64,000 bases of DNA from Macrostomum lignano. Lineage: Eukaryota. The notes under the pieces were generated by a model. It was given only the letters and a program-made list of their open reading frames with translations, ran no database searches and was not told the origin of the DNA. The position numbers were made by a program, and so were the translations under genes. Positions 25,001 to 36,400 of the stretch are shown here, in pieces; position 1 is the stretch's first letter, and each line of letters begins with the position of its first letter. The stretch is from positions 1-64,000 of the forward strand of contig NIVC01000003.1 of the NCBI GenBank assembly GCA_002269645.1, in the 5' to 3' direction.

Positions 25001-26758
25001 CCGTGGATGCTGCACTAATTTACAACTTACGCTGGGATGCGGGGCGTTGCTGAAGTTGCCATTTGCAGCAGCAGTCGACAGCTCAATTGGAGGGGCAGTG
25101 CTGACCAGCATGGTAGCTCAAGATCTCTTCTGTTGGTCTGTTAGCTCCAGGAAGCGAGTCAGGGGGGTCCTTGCGCCAGGTTGCCTTTTTAGGCTTCGGA
25201 AAATATACTACTGGATAGAAGCTTGCAGTGGTTTGGGTTGAGTTGCCTCCACCCCCTCTACTCGTCCTCCATCCTGATTGGTCTAAAGAGAAGTAAAAGC
25301 ATCTGAGGCTGCCCCAAATCCAAAAAATCTCCCTCTTAGCCAAAAATGGGATGAATAACGCGCTCGAAACCCACACTAGCTAATAGCCTCTGAAATCTCA
25401 AACTGAATCTTTCAACTATCGTGACATGAGGTTTTATAAACTGCTTTTTTGCATCAAGTGGTGCCAAATCGATGTGGAATTGGCAGCAATCTGTTCGAGT
25501 GTCAAAGTGCGATCTCGCGAGCTAATTGCATGCAGCCAGCCCCTTTTCTTGTTTGAATGTTGATTTCTGTCTTTCTTTTTTTATAATCTGATACATAATA
25601 TGGGTAGGAAACGTTAATGCATCCTGGCATGGCCGGCCATTGTGTTTTGATTGCTCCGGGCAAACAGAAATTCACCGGATCAGTGCGCTGATTCCAGCTG
25701 ACACGCAACGCGATGTACTCCGAAATTTCATCTAATAAGAATCGAGAAATGAAGCCTCCAAACTGCCGTCCCTGCAGCATTCACTCCTAATTCAGCCGAT
25801 CTATCGGACGTCACAATTCGTTAGCAATATGAAGGCATCATCATTGGATAAAAATAAGGTTCAGACAAAAATATAGAGATCTGTCAGACTGTTCCACGCT
25901 TTTCAGAATGAGTTCCAGCTGCGAAATTAAAGTAGGAGTTATTAGTTGTTAGCAGAAGGGCTTTGGGCACCGCCACAAGTAGAGGCGACAGTAGACGCGT
26001 AGCTAGAGAGGAGGCAACGCTGACTCCTGAGCACGGACACAGGTGTACAGAGCTCCTGACTTTCTCATCATGAGGCATGTACGAGCTACACTCTGCTTCT
26101 GGCCAAGCTGGCACAAGAATGGCACAAGCTTTTCGTGCACGAGCCCCAACTTACTGTTGGCTGCGCACGGAGCCGAGCCAATTGGTACTTTCAATAATTA
26201 GACGCGTTACTATTGAGCTAATAGGCCTCTGAAGCAGGAATTAGGCTAGTGTTAAATTTGGAGGGAAAAACTCCAAATGGGCTGTGTACTTAAGAGTCAA
26301 AATGGAACCTGAAGCATTGGGTCCCGATTTCTCTACGGGACTACGGGAATGCAGCAGGGTCGGTGCCGTCGATTTTTGGGTAGACGAACCTTCAAAAGGA
26401 CAGTAGTGGAGCGGATGAGAGCGGCCGGATCGCGATCACTCGTAGCGGATGACGACGCTGAAGTCGGGGCAGGATGGGTATTAGCGGTGAGCTGTTGATT
26501 GAGCAGCTGATTCTGCTGCACATTGCAGTCATGGAGGTGAGGAGGGCGTTGACGTCGTGCAGCAGGTGACGAGGCAGTGATCGGGGATGAGACGGGAAAA
26601 TCCAAAGTCGGGGTGGCTGAAGTTGCCGGCTGGCCGCCATGTTCGACGTGCGGCTGCCCCGCAGCATGGGCCGCTTCAGCAGAGGCTGTGGTGTGGTCGT
26701 TCTGGGACTGTTGGATCTGGTCGCCAGATGGGTTAGTCGTTGATCGCGTGATGACCAT
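16035..26758 (-). CDS. Rhodopsin-class neuropeptide GPCR, CCAP/neuropeptide-S/vasopressin-oxytocin receptor family. Exons: 26758-26390 (candidate N-terminus), 23045-22907, 20876-20773, 20019-19920, 19683-19511, 18220-17944, 17092-16998, 16907-16849, 16353-16035
   Basis: TM1 LILIGNT, RMTCFITNLGVADLLVG, LPQI..FYGPEFLCK, LVALSIDRVDAISNPL, TRAKIKTVKVT, VFILCWLPY, RAFIQTLGTLNSAANPIIF, then CC. All junctions are GT-AG and phase-compatible. The first exon is less certain. Confidence 0.9.
16370..16790. repeat. ~26-bp G-rich minisatellite in the last GPCR intron
   Basis: gggatggggtggggttgcagaaccc units. Confidence 0.9.
18280..19470. repeat. 45-bp minisatellite (~26 near-identical copies) in a GPCR intron
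   Basis: cagccccttgcatgctgactgcagtctaaaccgatgcctgaggat. Confidence 0.97.
20100..20680. repeat. 15/30-bp minisatellite (ccagacacaatgcca)n in a GPCR intron
   Basis: Directly visible. Confidence 0.92.
21850..22860. repeat. (AATCTC)n hexanucleotide microsatellite, ~1 kb
   Basis: Directly visible, with recurring higher-order variant blocks. Confidence 0.97.
24545..24990. repeat. ~41-bp minisatellite (gacacaacccacactgacaccgtcactgtcccactctcttt)n
   Basis: Directly visible. Confidence 0.93.
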
Positions 26759-27012
26759 GCTAACGCTCTGGTCATCTGGTCATCATGGTCATCTCGTCAT
26801 TTAAGTAGTTGAAGCTCCTAGAGCCTTAGCTCGTAAGTTCACATGAAATCCTCATTTATCCCGTTTCTCCCCATAAAGATCCCCAAACGCTAAATTGGTC
26901 GGGTTTTCGGCATAACGGGAGCTATTTGGCTACAAATGAAGGAATTTGCGTAGAGAAATCGGGACCCAATGCTTCAGGCTCCATTTTGACTCTTAAGTGC
27001 ACATCCCCTTTG
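26274..27012. mobile_element. ~65-bp inverted repeat pair (possible non-autonomous DNA transposon) enclosing ~600 bp
   Basis: gtgtacttaagagtcaaaatggaacctgaagcattgggtcccgatttctctacg versus the reverse complement of cgtagagaaatcgggacccaatgcttcaggctccattttgactcttaagtgcac: 2 mismatches in 54 nt. No clear outer TSD. Confidence 0.6.
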
Positions 27013-27789
27013 CTTAGTAACGTGCACTACAACCGTGAGGCGTCCAAGTACATACATGTGCGAGTATGCTGAGACCATAGTAAATTGAGTCGGCAGCAGT
27101 CTGACCTAAGCAGCGGGCTGTGTGCAAAACTGTTTACCTATTTACTAAATTAAATTAAATTATATGATTGGATTATTCCGCAGACCCCGTTTGAGCTTCC
27201 TTGACTGGTTGGATTTCCGCTAGGGCGAACAAATAGACAGACCTTGGTAGCTGAGACGGAAACTCCTGTCACTGATCAGAGGACTGTAAGTTTCCCTTGA
27301 AGTAATGCTTTTATGTCAAAACAGTGTTATTGCATCCAGCCTTCTCTAGAAATTCCCGCCTACGAACGAGTAAATAAAACTTTCTATATTAGGAAATTTA
27401 ATCTCCCGCGAGCACACACATCCCCAATATTCCCGAATTCTAGAACTTTCTGTTAAATTTATCTGTAAATAAAAAGCACCAGACAGTGCAGGTACTAGCT
27501 CGTATATACACGGACGGGACGGCCGCCTTTTACGCCTCATTTATTTGAGTTCGCCACAACTGATCCGGTGAGGCGTCAAAAGGACAACCGGTCATCGTCA
27601 GGGCAAAATATTTTTTATGATCAAACGAAAAGTTTTTTTAGCTCGTTACAATAAATAGAGGTACCAGGTACGTATATATAGTCCAATAGACGGGAGACAG
27701 TTGGACAATTTTGAAGCACGAGATAAAAAGTTGTGCTTTAGAAAGACAATTAACTAAAGGATAAAGCGATTAAGAGTGCACACACTAAT

Positions 27790-28260
27790 GTGCGCCTCCA
27801 CACCTCGGAACACATTTAGTTGTCTTCCTCTTCCAAGACAAATATTACCGCCAAATTGCCGACTGTGCCATGGGAAGCCCACTGGCCCCCACCCTTGCAA
27901 ATATCTGCATGAACCACGGGAGAAGGAATGGCTTAAGCTGTCCTCTACTCCAATGTTTTAATAGACGCTATGCCGATGACACTTTCACCATTTTTGACGC
28001 TTATTTACTAAAAAGGATGAGTTTCTCAACGCCATCAACTCAACTCGTGAACATCCAATTTACACCGTTGAGGGGTGGCAGGAGTCTCCCCCTCCTCGAA
28101 ATTGACGTGTATGCCGGTGAGAGTGGTGTTGTCACTGGCGTCTTCCGCAAACCTAATTTCACAGGCCTCTTTCTGGACCGCTTTTTGTTCGAAATGCATC
28201 GGCTCTACTAAATAATGTTGGCTCTGACCTTCGTATACCTTCTACTATTGAAGCGATCCA
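27790..28260 (+). mobile_element. Degraded Penelope-like retroelement RT fragment
   Basis: MGSPLAPTLANI..., RRYADDTF, IQFT, LPLLEI, TGVFRKPNFTG; frameshifted. Confidence 0.75.
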
Positions 28261-28949
28261 CTTTACACTCGAATTAATTGATTGACTGCGACAACCAGAG
28301 GGCACTTCGGCCACACCTGCCTCGGCACATGTCGAACAGCTAGCCTACCCCGATATCTGACAACAGCGGCCGAAGAACAACAGATCCCAAGAAGCCACAT
28401 GATGGTGCCCCGAAATTAGTCTCCTTCACTCCGAGTGAGAGCGGAATCCACCATATGCGCCGTATGAGGGCCAAATATGAGCCGAACACAACAAAACGCG
28501 GAGACATCTCGGCCACCTACAAAGGATCGACGAGATCACCACTGCACCCAGGACATGATCCGTAACCTCCGGCTTCCGGCCGCATTAAGATTGCAGACCC
28601 CACCTCTCGTGAGCTGGTCGATATAGGCTCAGCTGTCAGCTCGGCGATTTTGCGGTACATCTCTGATGGTAATGTCGCTAATGGCTAACCGTAGCAGCCA
28701 TCAGTTGATGTCTGCTTGCCCTTGTCTCACACTGTTCTTTCTTTGCTCCCTCCCCATTCATACGCTCACTGTCCTCCCCATTTTGCTGCTTTTGTAGTTG
28801 TCGCTTCGCCAAACCTTAAATGTGCTTTTTGGGCGACAGTAGGCTTCGTGCCAGTGTGTAGGCGTGGTGCGGGTGACACCTGCGTTGCTTATTTATTTAT
28901 GCTGTCTTGTAAATTTTGACCTCCTAATACCAAATACCAAGTATATCAA

Positions 28950-29055
28950 TTCATCATAGTTCCTCATAGTCCCTCATATATAATAGTTCGTCATATAGTT
29001 CCTCATATAGCTGTCCCTCATATAGTTCTTCATATAGTTCCTCTATAGTTCCTCA
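28950..29055. repeat. Short degenerate repeat (tcatatagttcc)n
   Basis: Visible. Confidence 0.7.
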
Positions 29056-30469
29056 AGGGGCCGTTGGTAGGATCGTGTCCCCTGCTTGAATCTTCGTGCG
29101 GTCTCTCTCCTCCACGAACCAAGAGGCTTTAATTTGATTAAAATTTAAATTATTTATTTCCTAAAATAAATAAATAAATTAGTCAAAACAAAATGACTCC
29201 TATAAGCATTTCAACAGTGTGAAATAAATAATATTTTTCGACCTCAATTTCTCTCGATTTTTTAACCAGATTTGAGGCACAGTTGCTTCAGCCCCAGTTG
29301 CTTTGTCAATTTTCAATGTGTGCACGTTGACTTCACTTGAACAATGTACACTAAACACGGCTGCAAATTTAGCTATCGCACGTGTAAGCACGAGCGTACA
29401 CCTAGAATATCAAGTGTACACCGGCCGGGTATGAATGGACGGACAAGAAATGTCTTGGAAAAACCGAGAAAACCACAGCCATCCAAATAGTCATTCAACA
29501 ATAATATAAGAATTGGCCTCCTCTAAGAAGCAATCATACGCCCAGTCAATCAATTTAGTCAAGGTTCGAAATAGCTTTTGTGTTGAGACTTGTAATTTTG
29601 TGTTTATTTTACATTGTGATAGTCAAGGGACTATATACTATAGCTTAAATAAGCTTAATAGTTAATATAGGCCTATCTAGGCCTAGCAGATTAGGCCCTA
29701 CCTAGCTGAGTTTTATGATGGTTCATTCATTATTCCAGTAACCATTTCTGCGAAAATTGAATTAAAATATGGCTTATTTTCAAGAAAAAATACTTCATTA
29801 AATATCTAGTTGTAGATCTGCATGGATTGCTAAAAGTAGACCTTTTTATGCATAGATTCTGCATATTATTGGAAGTTTAGATGCTATAAATTGCATTGCA
29901 ATTTGTTTTGGATCATGTAGCTTTATAAGGTAATAGCTTACTTTACTAATTATTGTATTAGCAAAACATAGTTATCTTAATATTATTAAGCCTACCTTAG
30001 GCTTAGAAATCCTTATTTGTTGCAGGGCCTATTTTTGCATTTTTATAGAAAGGGAAGAAAGCTATTGCACTTAAAGTTCAAGGAGTCTAGCATAGGCCCT
30101 AGTAGGCCCCTATCTTAATATTAATGATCTTGATATTTAACTTGATATTTTACATTATTTTTTTTACCAAAAATTAGCTTATAGCCAATAAAGGATATTC
30201 CTAACATTCATGAGCAATATAATTATTCATTTTTGTATAGGGCCTAATATAAATATATAATGTCTACTTTACTATTTACAACTACTAGAATTAGCCATAT
30301 AATTATTTTAAACCCACTGCCCTGGCCTTATTTATTTTTAACCCTATATTAGACCTAAGCTAAAATCCAGTTTCTGTTTAAGTACTATTTTTTATGCTGG
30401 TTAATAATAAGTCTTAATGCCTTATACTTTAATGCATGTATCAAACTATTGCATAAGATTGGCCTAGAA

Positions 30470-33400
30470 ATGCCAACAGCTACAAGTCATGTGGCTAATG
30501 AGGACAGCCGATGCCAGTTGCAATTGGAGGTGCACTGGCCGGAGCTACGCCGCTTTCTGCCAAATATTCTTAGCTACAATGAGGATTTACAGAAGTGCAT
30601 TGTGCAGTGTGAGCTATTTGTTTATCAAATGGACTTGGGTAGCAGCAGCTCTCTGAATCACTGTGGCATTGGGGAGGGGAGCAGCAGCTCTCTGAATCAC
30701 TGTGGCATTGGGGAGGGTGCAGCAGCTCTCTGAATCACTGTGGCATTGGGGAGGGTGCAGCAGCTCTCTGAATCACTGTGGCATTGGGGAGGGTAGCAGC
30801 AGCTCTCTGAATCACTGGCATTGGGGAGGGTGCAGCAGCTCTCTGAATCACTGTGGCATTGGGGAGAATAGCAGCAGCTCTCTGAATCACTGTGGCATTG
30901 GGGAGGGTAGCAGCAGCTCTCTGAATCACTGTGGCATTGGGGAGGGTGCAGCAGCTCTCTGAATCACTGTGGCATTGGGGAGGGTAGCAGCAGCTCTCTG
31001 AATCACTGTGGCATTGGGGAGAATAGCAGCAGCTCTCTGAATCACTGTGGCATTGGGGAGGGTAGCAGCAGCTCTCTGAATCATTGTGGCATTGGGGAGA
31101 ATAGCAGCAGCTCTCTGAATCACTGTGGCATTGGGGAGGGTAGCAGCAGCTCTCTGAATCACTGGCATTGGGGAGGGTGCAGCAGCTCTCTGAATCACTG
31201 GCATTGGGGAGGGTAGCAGCATTTAAATTCACTCTGATTTGTGAATTCGCCAATCAACTCTCACTGTTAGCGGATCTCAACGAGCTTTCGCTGATATTTG
31301 AAGTATTAATACCTGACAACTCGGCGCAGAATCTTGAGCAGATCTACGGGCTGAATGACCTGGTATTTGAGAAGCTGCGCGAGTCGAGACTAGAGAAAAA
31401 GTACTTTCACTTCTGCGAGCTGCTGGAGAGGCGTAAGTATTTCTCAGCGCAAGCTGCTTACCAAGAGTGTACATGCTGGTTTAAATGTCCTTAAATTTTA
31501 CCTTTTGTGATGTGCAGGACTGGTGAAGTAGAGTGGTAAGATGCTTAAGGGATGTAAGTAGACTGGTGAGATACGGTAGGACATACGGAGTGGACTGGTG
31601 AGATACGGTAGGACATACGGAGTGGACTGGTGAGATACGGTAGGACATACGGAGTGGACTGGTGAGATACGGTAGGACATACAAAGACGGATTGGTGAGA
31701 TACGGTAGGACATACGGAGTGGACTGGTGAGATACGGTAGGACATACAAAGACGGATTGGTGAGATACGGTAGGACATACAAAGACGGATTGGTGAGATA
31801 CAGTAGGACATACAGAGACGGACTGGTGAGATACAGTAGGACATACAAAGACGGACTGGTGAGATACGGTAGGACATACAAAGACGGATTGGTGAGATAC
31901 AGTAGGACATACAAAGACGGACTGGTGAGATACGGTAGGACATACAAAGACCAAGACGGATTGGTGAGATACAGTAGGACATACAAAGACGGATTGGTGA
32001 GATACGGTAGGACATACGGAGTGGACTGGTGAGATACGGTAGGACATACGGAGTGGACTGGTGAGATACGGTAGGACATACGGAGTGGACTGGTGAGATA
32101 CGGTAGGACATACAGAGTGGACTGGTGAGATACAGTAGGACATACAAAGACGGATTGGTGAGATACGGTAGGACATACGGAGTGGACTGGTGAGATACGG
32201 TAGGACATACAGAGACGGACTGGTGAGATACGGTAGGACATACAAAGACGGATTGGTGAGATACATTAGGACATACAGAGACGGACTGGTGAGATACGGT
32301 AGGACATACAAAGACGGACTGGTGAGATACGGTAGGACATACAAAGACGGATTGGTGAGATACAGTAGGACATACAAAGATGGATTGGTGAGATACAGTA
32401 GGACATACAAAGACGGATTGGTGAGATACGGTAAGACATAAGAAGTTGACGCCGCGCCCTGCAGAGCGCTTCACCGAGGCCGTGGCGCTGCTGAAACGGC
32501 GCCGCTCTGAGTCGGAGCGCCGGCTGCTGGACTGCCTGGCTGAGCACTACCGGCATTGCCTGCTGGGCAGCGATGGCAAGTCGGGCGAGAACGACAGCCT
32601 GGTGAACGACCTGCTGCTGACCACGCTGTGTGACTTTAACGCCCTGACTGAAAATGACGTTGAAGACGTGCGCAAAAGTGAACGAAGTAGGTGGTTGGAG
32701 CGCGCGTGTAGGGAAAGCATAGGAATTCCTTTACGGGTGTTTCCCACATCTCTCCTTCATCCTATCTCACCAATCCCATCTCTCCGATCCTATCTCACCA
32801 ATACCATCTCCCCAATCCCATCTCTCCCCAATCCCATCTTTCCGATTCTATCTCCCCAATCCCATCTCTTCGATCCCATCTCTCCTATCCTATCTCTCCG
32901 ATCCCATCTCCCCAATCCTATCTCCCCAATCCCATCTCTCCGATCCTATCTCACCAATACCATCTCCCCAATCCCATCTCTCCCCAATCCCATCTCCCCG
33001 ATCCCATCTCTCCGATCTTATCTCCCAATCCCATCTCTCCAATCCTATCCCCAATCTCATCTCTTTGATCCAATCTCCTCAATCCCATCTTACCGATTCC
33101 ACTCCCCCAATCCCATCTCTCTAATCCTATGTCCCTCATTCTCCCAGTTATCTCCCGATTCAATCTCCCTAATTCTATCTCCCCTAACATGTCTCAGTGA
33201 TCCAATCTACCAAATTACGCCCCGATCCCATCTCCCCGCATTAATCAGTCCATTTTGCAACCAAATCCGGATGTCAAAGTACAAATACCCAGCTATCGCA
33301 GTACTGCAGTTTATCTATACACTGTCTTGCTCTGTTTATCTCAAATCAATCCAATCCTCTCACAAACTATCCTACCTTGCCTGTTTTACCTGAGTCAGGT

Positions 33401-36400
33401 GCACAAGAAAATTTTCCCAATACAATTAATTTTGCAATCGCTAATATTTTAGAGATGCCAGCGCTTCTATCAGTGCTGATGAAGCACGAGGAGTGGCCAG
33501 CCAAGTTTCTGACAGCTATTGTGTACTCTGAGGGGAACTGCCATCACCTGGAGAGGCTGCTGCCCGGCTTTGAGGAGTATCTGGTGCAGGGTGAGGACTG
33601 GTCTAGGTTTCCAGTTGGGTTGCAGCATTTAATAATGGTTTCCATGCTTTGTGCTAGGGTACATGCTTAAGGTTATAGTAAATGCTTTAAGTTATGCTTC
33701 GGCTGAGTAAATGCTTTAGGTAATGTTTGGGTTAGAGTACATGCTTTAGGTAATGTTTGGGTTAGAGTACATGCTTTAGGTAATGTTCGGGTTAGAGTAC
33801 ATGCTTTAGGTAATGTTTGGGTTAGAGTACATGCTTTAGGTAATGTTCGGGTTAGAGTACATGCTTTAGGTAATGTTTGGGTTAGAGTACATGCTTTAGG
33901 TAATGTTCGGGTTAGAGTACATGCTTTAGGTAATGTTCGGGTTAGAGTACATGCTTTAGGTAATGTTCGGGTTAGAGTACATGCTTTAGGTAATGTTTGG
34001 GTTAGAGTACATGCTTTAGGTAATGTTCGGGTTAGAGTACATGCTTTAGGTCATGTTTGGGTTAGAGTACATGCTTTAGGTAATGTTCGGGTTAGAGTAC
34101 ATCATGCTTTAGGTAATGTTCGGGTTAGAGTACATGCTTTAGGTAATGTTCGGGTTAGAGTACATGCTTTAGGTAATGTTTGGGTTAGAGTACATGCTTT
34201 AGGTAATGTTTGGGTTACAGTACATGCTTTAGGTAATGTTTGGGTTGGAGTACATGCTTTAGGTCAGGGGTCGGCAAACTCCGGCTTGCAGCTCACGAAG
34301 CCTCTCTAGCCGGCCCTCGTGTCTTTTGATTTTTCACAATAGCAATCTGGCTTGCTTCTGAGTACAGGCACAGACCTTAACCCACTCAAGGTCTGTCTCT
34401 TCCCAGCTCCCCTTCTCTTCTCTCCTCTCTCCCCTCTATCTTTTTCTCTGTTCTCTCCTCTCCCCTCTTAGGTCTCTCCCTCCTCTCCCCTCTTCTCTTA
34501 ACTCTCATCTTCTACTCCCTCTCCTTTCCTGTCACCTGGCCCGCAGCCATGAGCTGGATTGTTTATTTGGCCCTTTTTAGGTAAAAAAAGTTTGCCGACC
34601 TCTGCAGCTTTAGGTTATGTTTGGGTTGGGTTACTGGCTTACAGATCAGTTTGATCCTGTATTTACACATCAGCTAGCAGTAAGGTAACTCGTGCATACT
34701 GCTAACATTACCACCACCCGCGCCAGGCCAGCGCTGCAGCCTTGCGGACCTGCAGAGGCGCCTGGACGAGACTGGCGCTGAGCGCGACAGAGCCGAGCAA
34801 ATTGTCCGGACCGCCTTCGACTCGTTCATCCGCGCCAATGCCTACGCCTTCGAGGAGCTGCCGTCGGAATTCGCTGAAACGACTAGGGAAGACCCGGCCG
34901 CGAAAGCGGCTGCAGCCAGCGGCGGAGGCGACAATGGCCCGCAGCTGCCAGTCGGCGCAGCCTCACAGGAGGAGGCTGAGGTGGAGGAGGCGGAGCGCAG
35001 CAGCAGGCAGCAGATGCGGGCTTACCAGCTGGAGCTGGCGGAGGCGGGCCTGGCCGGCCGCAACTGCATGGTGGTGGCGCCCACCGGCTCCGGCAAGACT
35101 CTGGTGGGCATCGAGATCGCTGCCCGCCGCCTGGCTGAGGATCCGGACGGAGCCAAGGTGCGGCGGGGCTGCTTGCGAACCCCGGGGATGATCTCAAAAA
35201 GGAAGATCCGATGTCAACTGGCGTCAGTCTAAAAAATAAAAATCAAACAAGATACCAACTTCTCTAAGCCTGACTTTACACTGCCGAGCCTCTCAGACCC
35301 ACAGAAGTCTTCAGGGCTCCATGCTTACAGATTAATCAAATTTGACAATCATTTGAATCCCAGTAATCCCAGGAATTATGAAATTATTGATACTTCAAAC
35401 TACTTGAAAATAGCCCGATACCAAAATTGAAGTTAACCTGTCATGCCATACGCACTGACACAAAAACCCAGGTCACTCTCCCCAAGAATTTTGCTATTTT
35501 TCAATACTTGCTACTAACTACGATTAAGTAGAGCAGCTAGCGTATGCAAATTCTATTTTATAAACTGATGCTAAAACTGGCCAATCCCAGGTGGCGTTTC
35601 TGGCCGACCGCACGCAGCTGGTTGATCAGCAGTACGCGGCATTCAAAAACGGCCTGCCCGAGCCGCATCGAAGTCGCGTCATCTGCGTTCGCGGCGGCTC
35701 AGTGGAGCAGTTCCCGCTGTCCTATTCACTGCGGGATCACTCTGTGCTGGTGCTGAGCACCCAGATACTGCTCAACAATCTGCTAGATGAGAGCGAGGAC
35801 GGCCTGGCCGGGGACGTTGCCAAGTTCAGTCTGCTGATCTTCGACGAGTGCCACCACTGTGACAAGGACCACCCTAGCAAGAAGATCATGGATCTTTACT
35901 TTCAGGTCTGGTGCGGCCTCATATTTATCGGCCGGTGGGTTGTCAAGCGACTCACCCGTGAGAGCCAACCCCCAGGCCACACAGAGTGTACCTGCCTAAG
36001 GTTTAGAAAGTCAAGCCCCTGTACACCCTGTGTGAGCGTGTGTATGAGTGCATTCCTGTGTAAAGTATTGTGTTTACTGATGGAGTTGTGCAGATGAAGA
36101 TGGAGATACACATTTTACTGATGATTAAATCTGATCACTGAATGCCACTGCACTGAGTGCATAAGCGGCCGTAATGTCAGAGGTCTTTAGGCACTTAATT
36201 ACTGCATTTTTGTCAATAAACATATCGGACACAAACCCGATGTTAACAATGACGGCTGCTAGGACTGAGGTGATCTGACAGTTATAGTGACGGGGGCATC
36301 ACAAGCCCGCAAAATCACAGCCTCCGAAAGGCGCTTACCATCATAATTCATAAAACCGAAATATCACAATTCCGAAAATCAAAATACCATTGGTCGTTGT

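Noticed and set aside
31481-32474. Long repetitive ORFs here and at 38035-39411, 49072-49850, 50805-51680, 57678-58538 and 62236-62918
   Set aside because: All coincide with tandem arrays; no domain content
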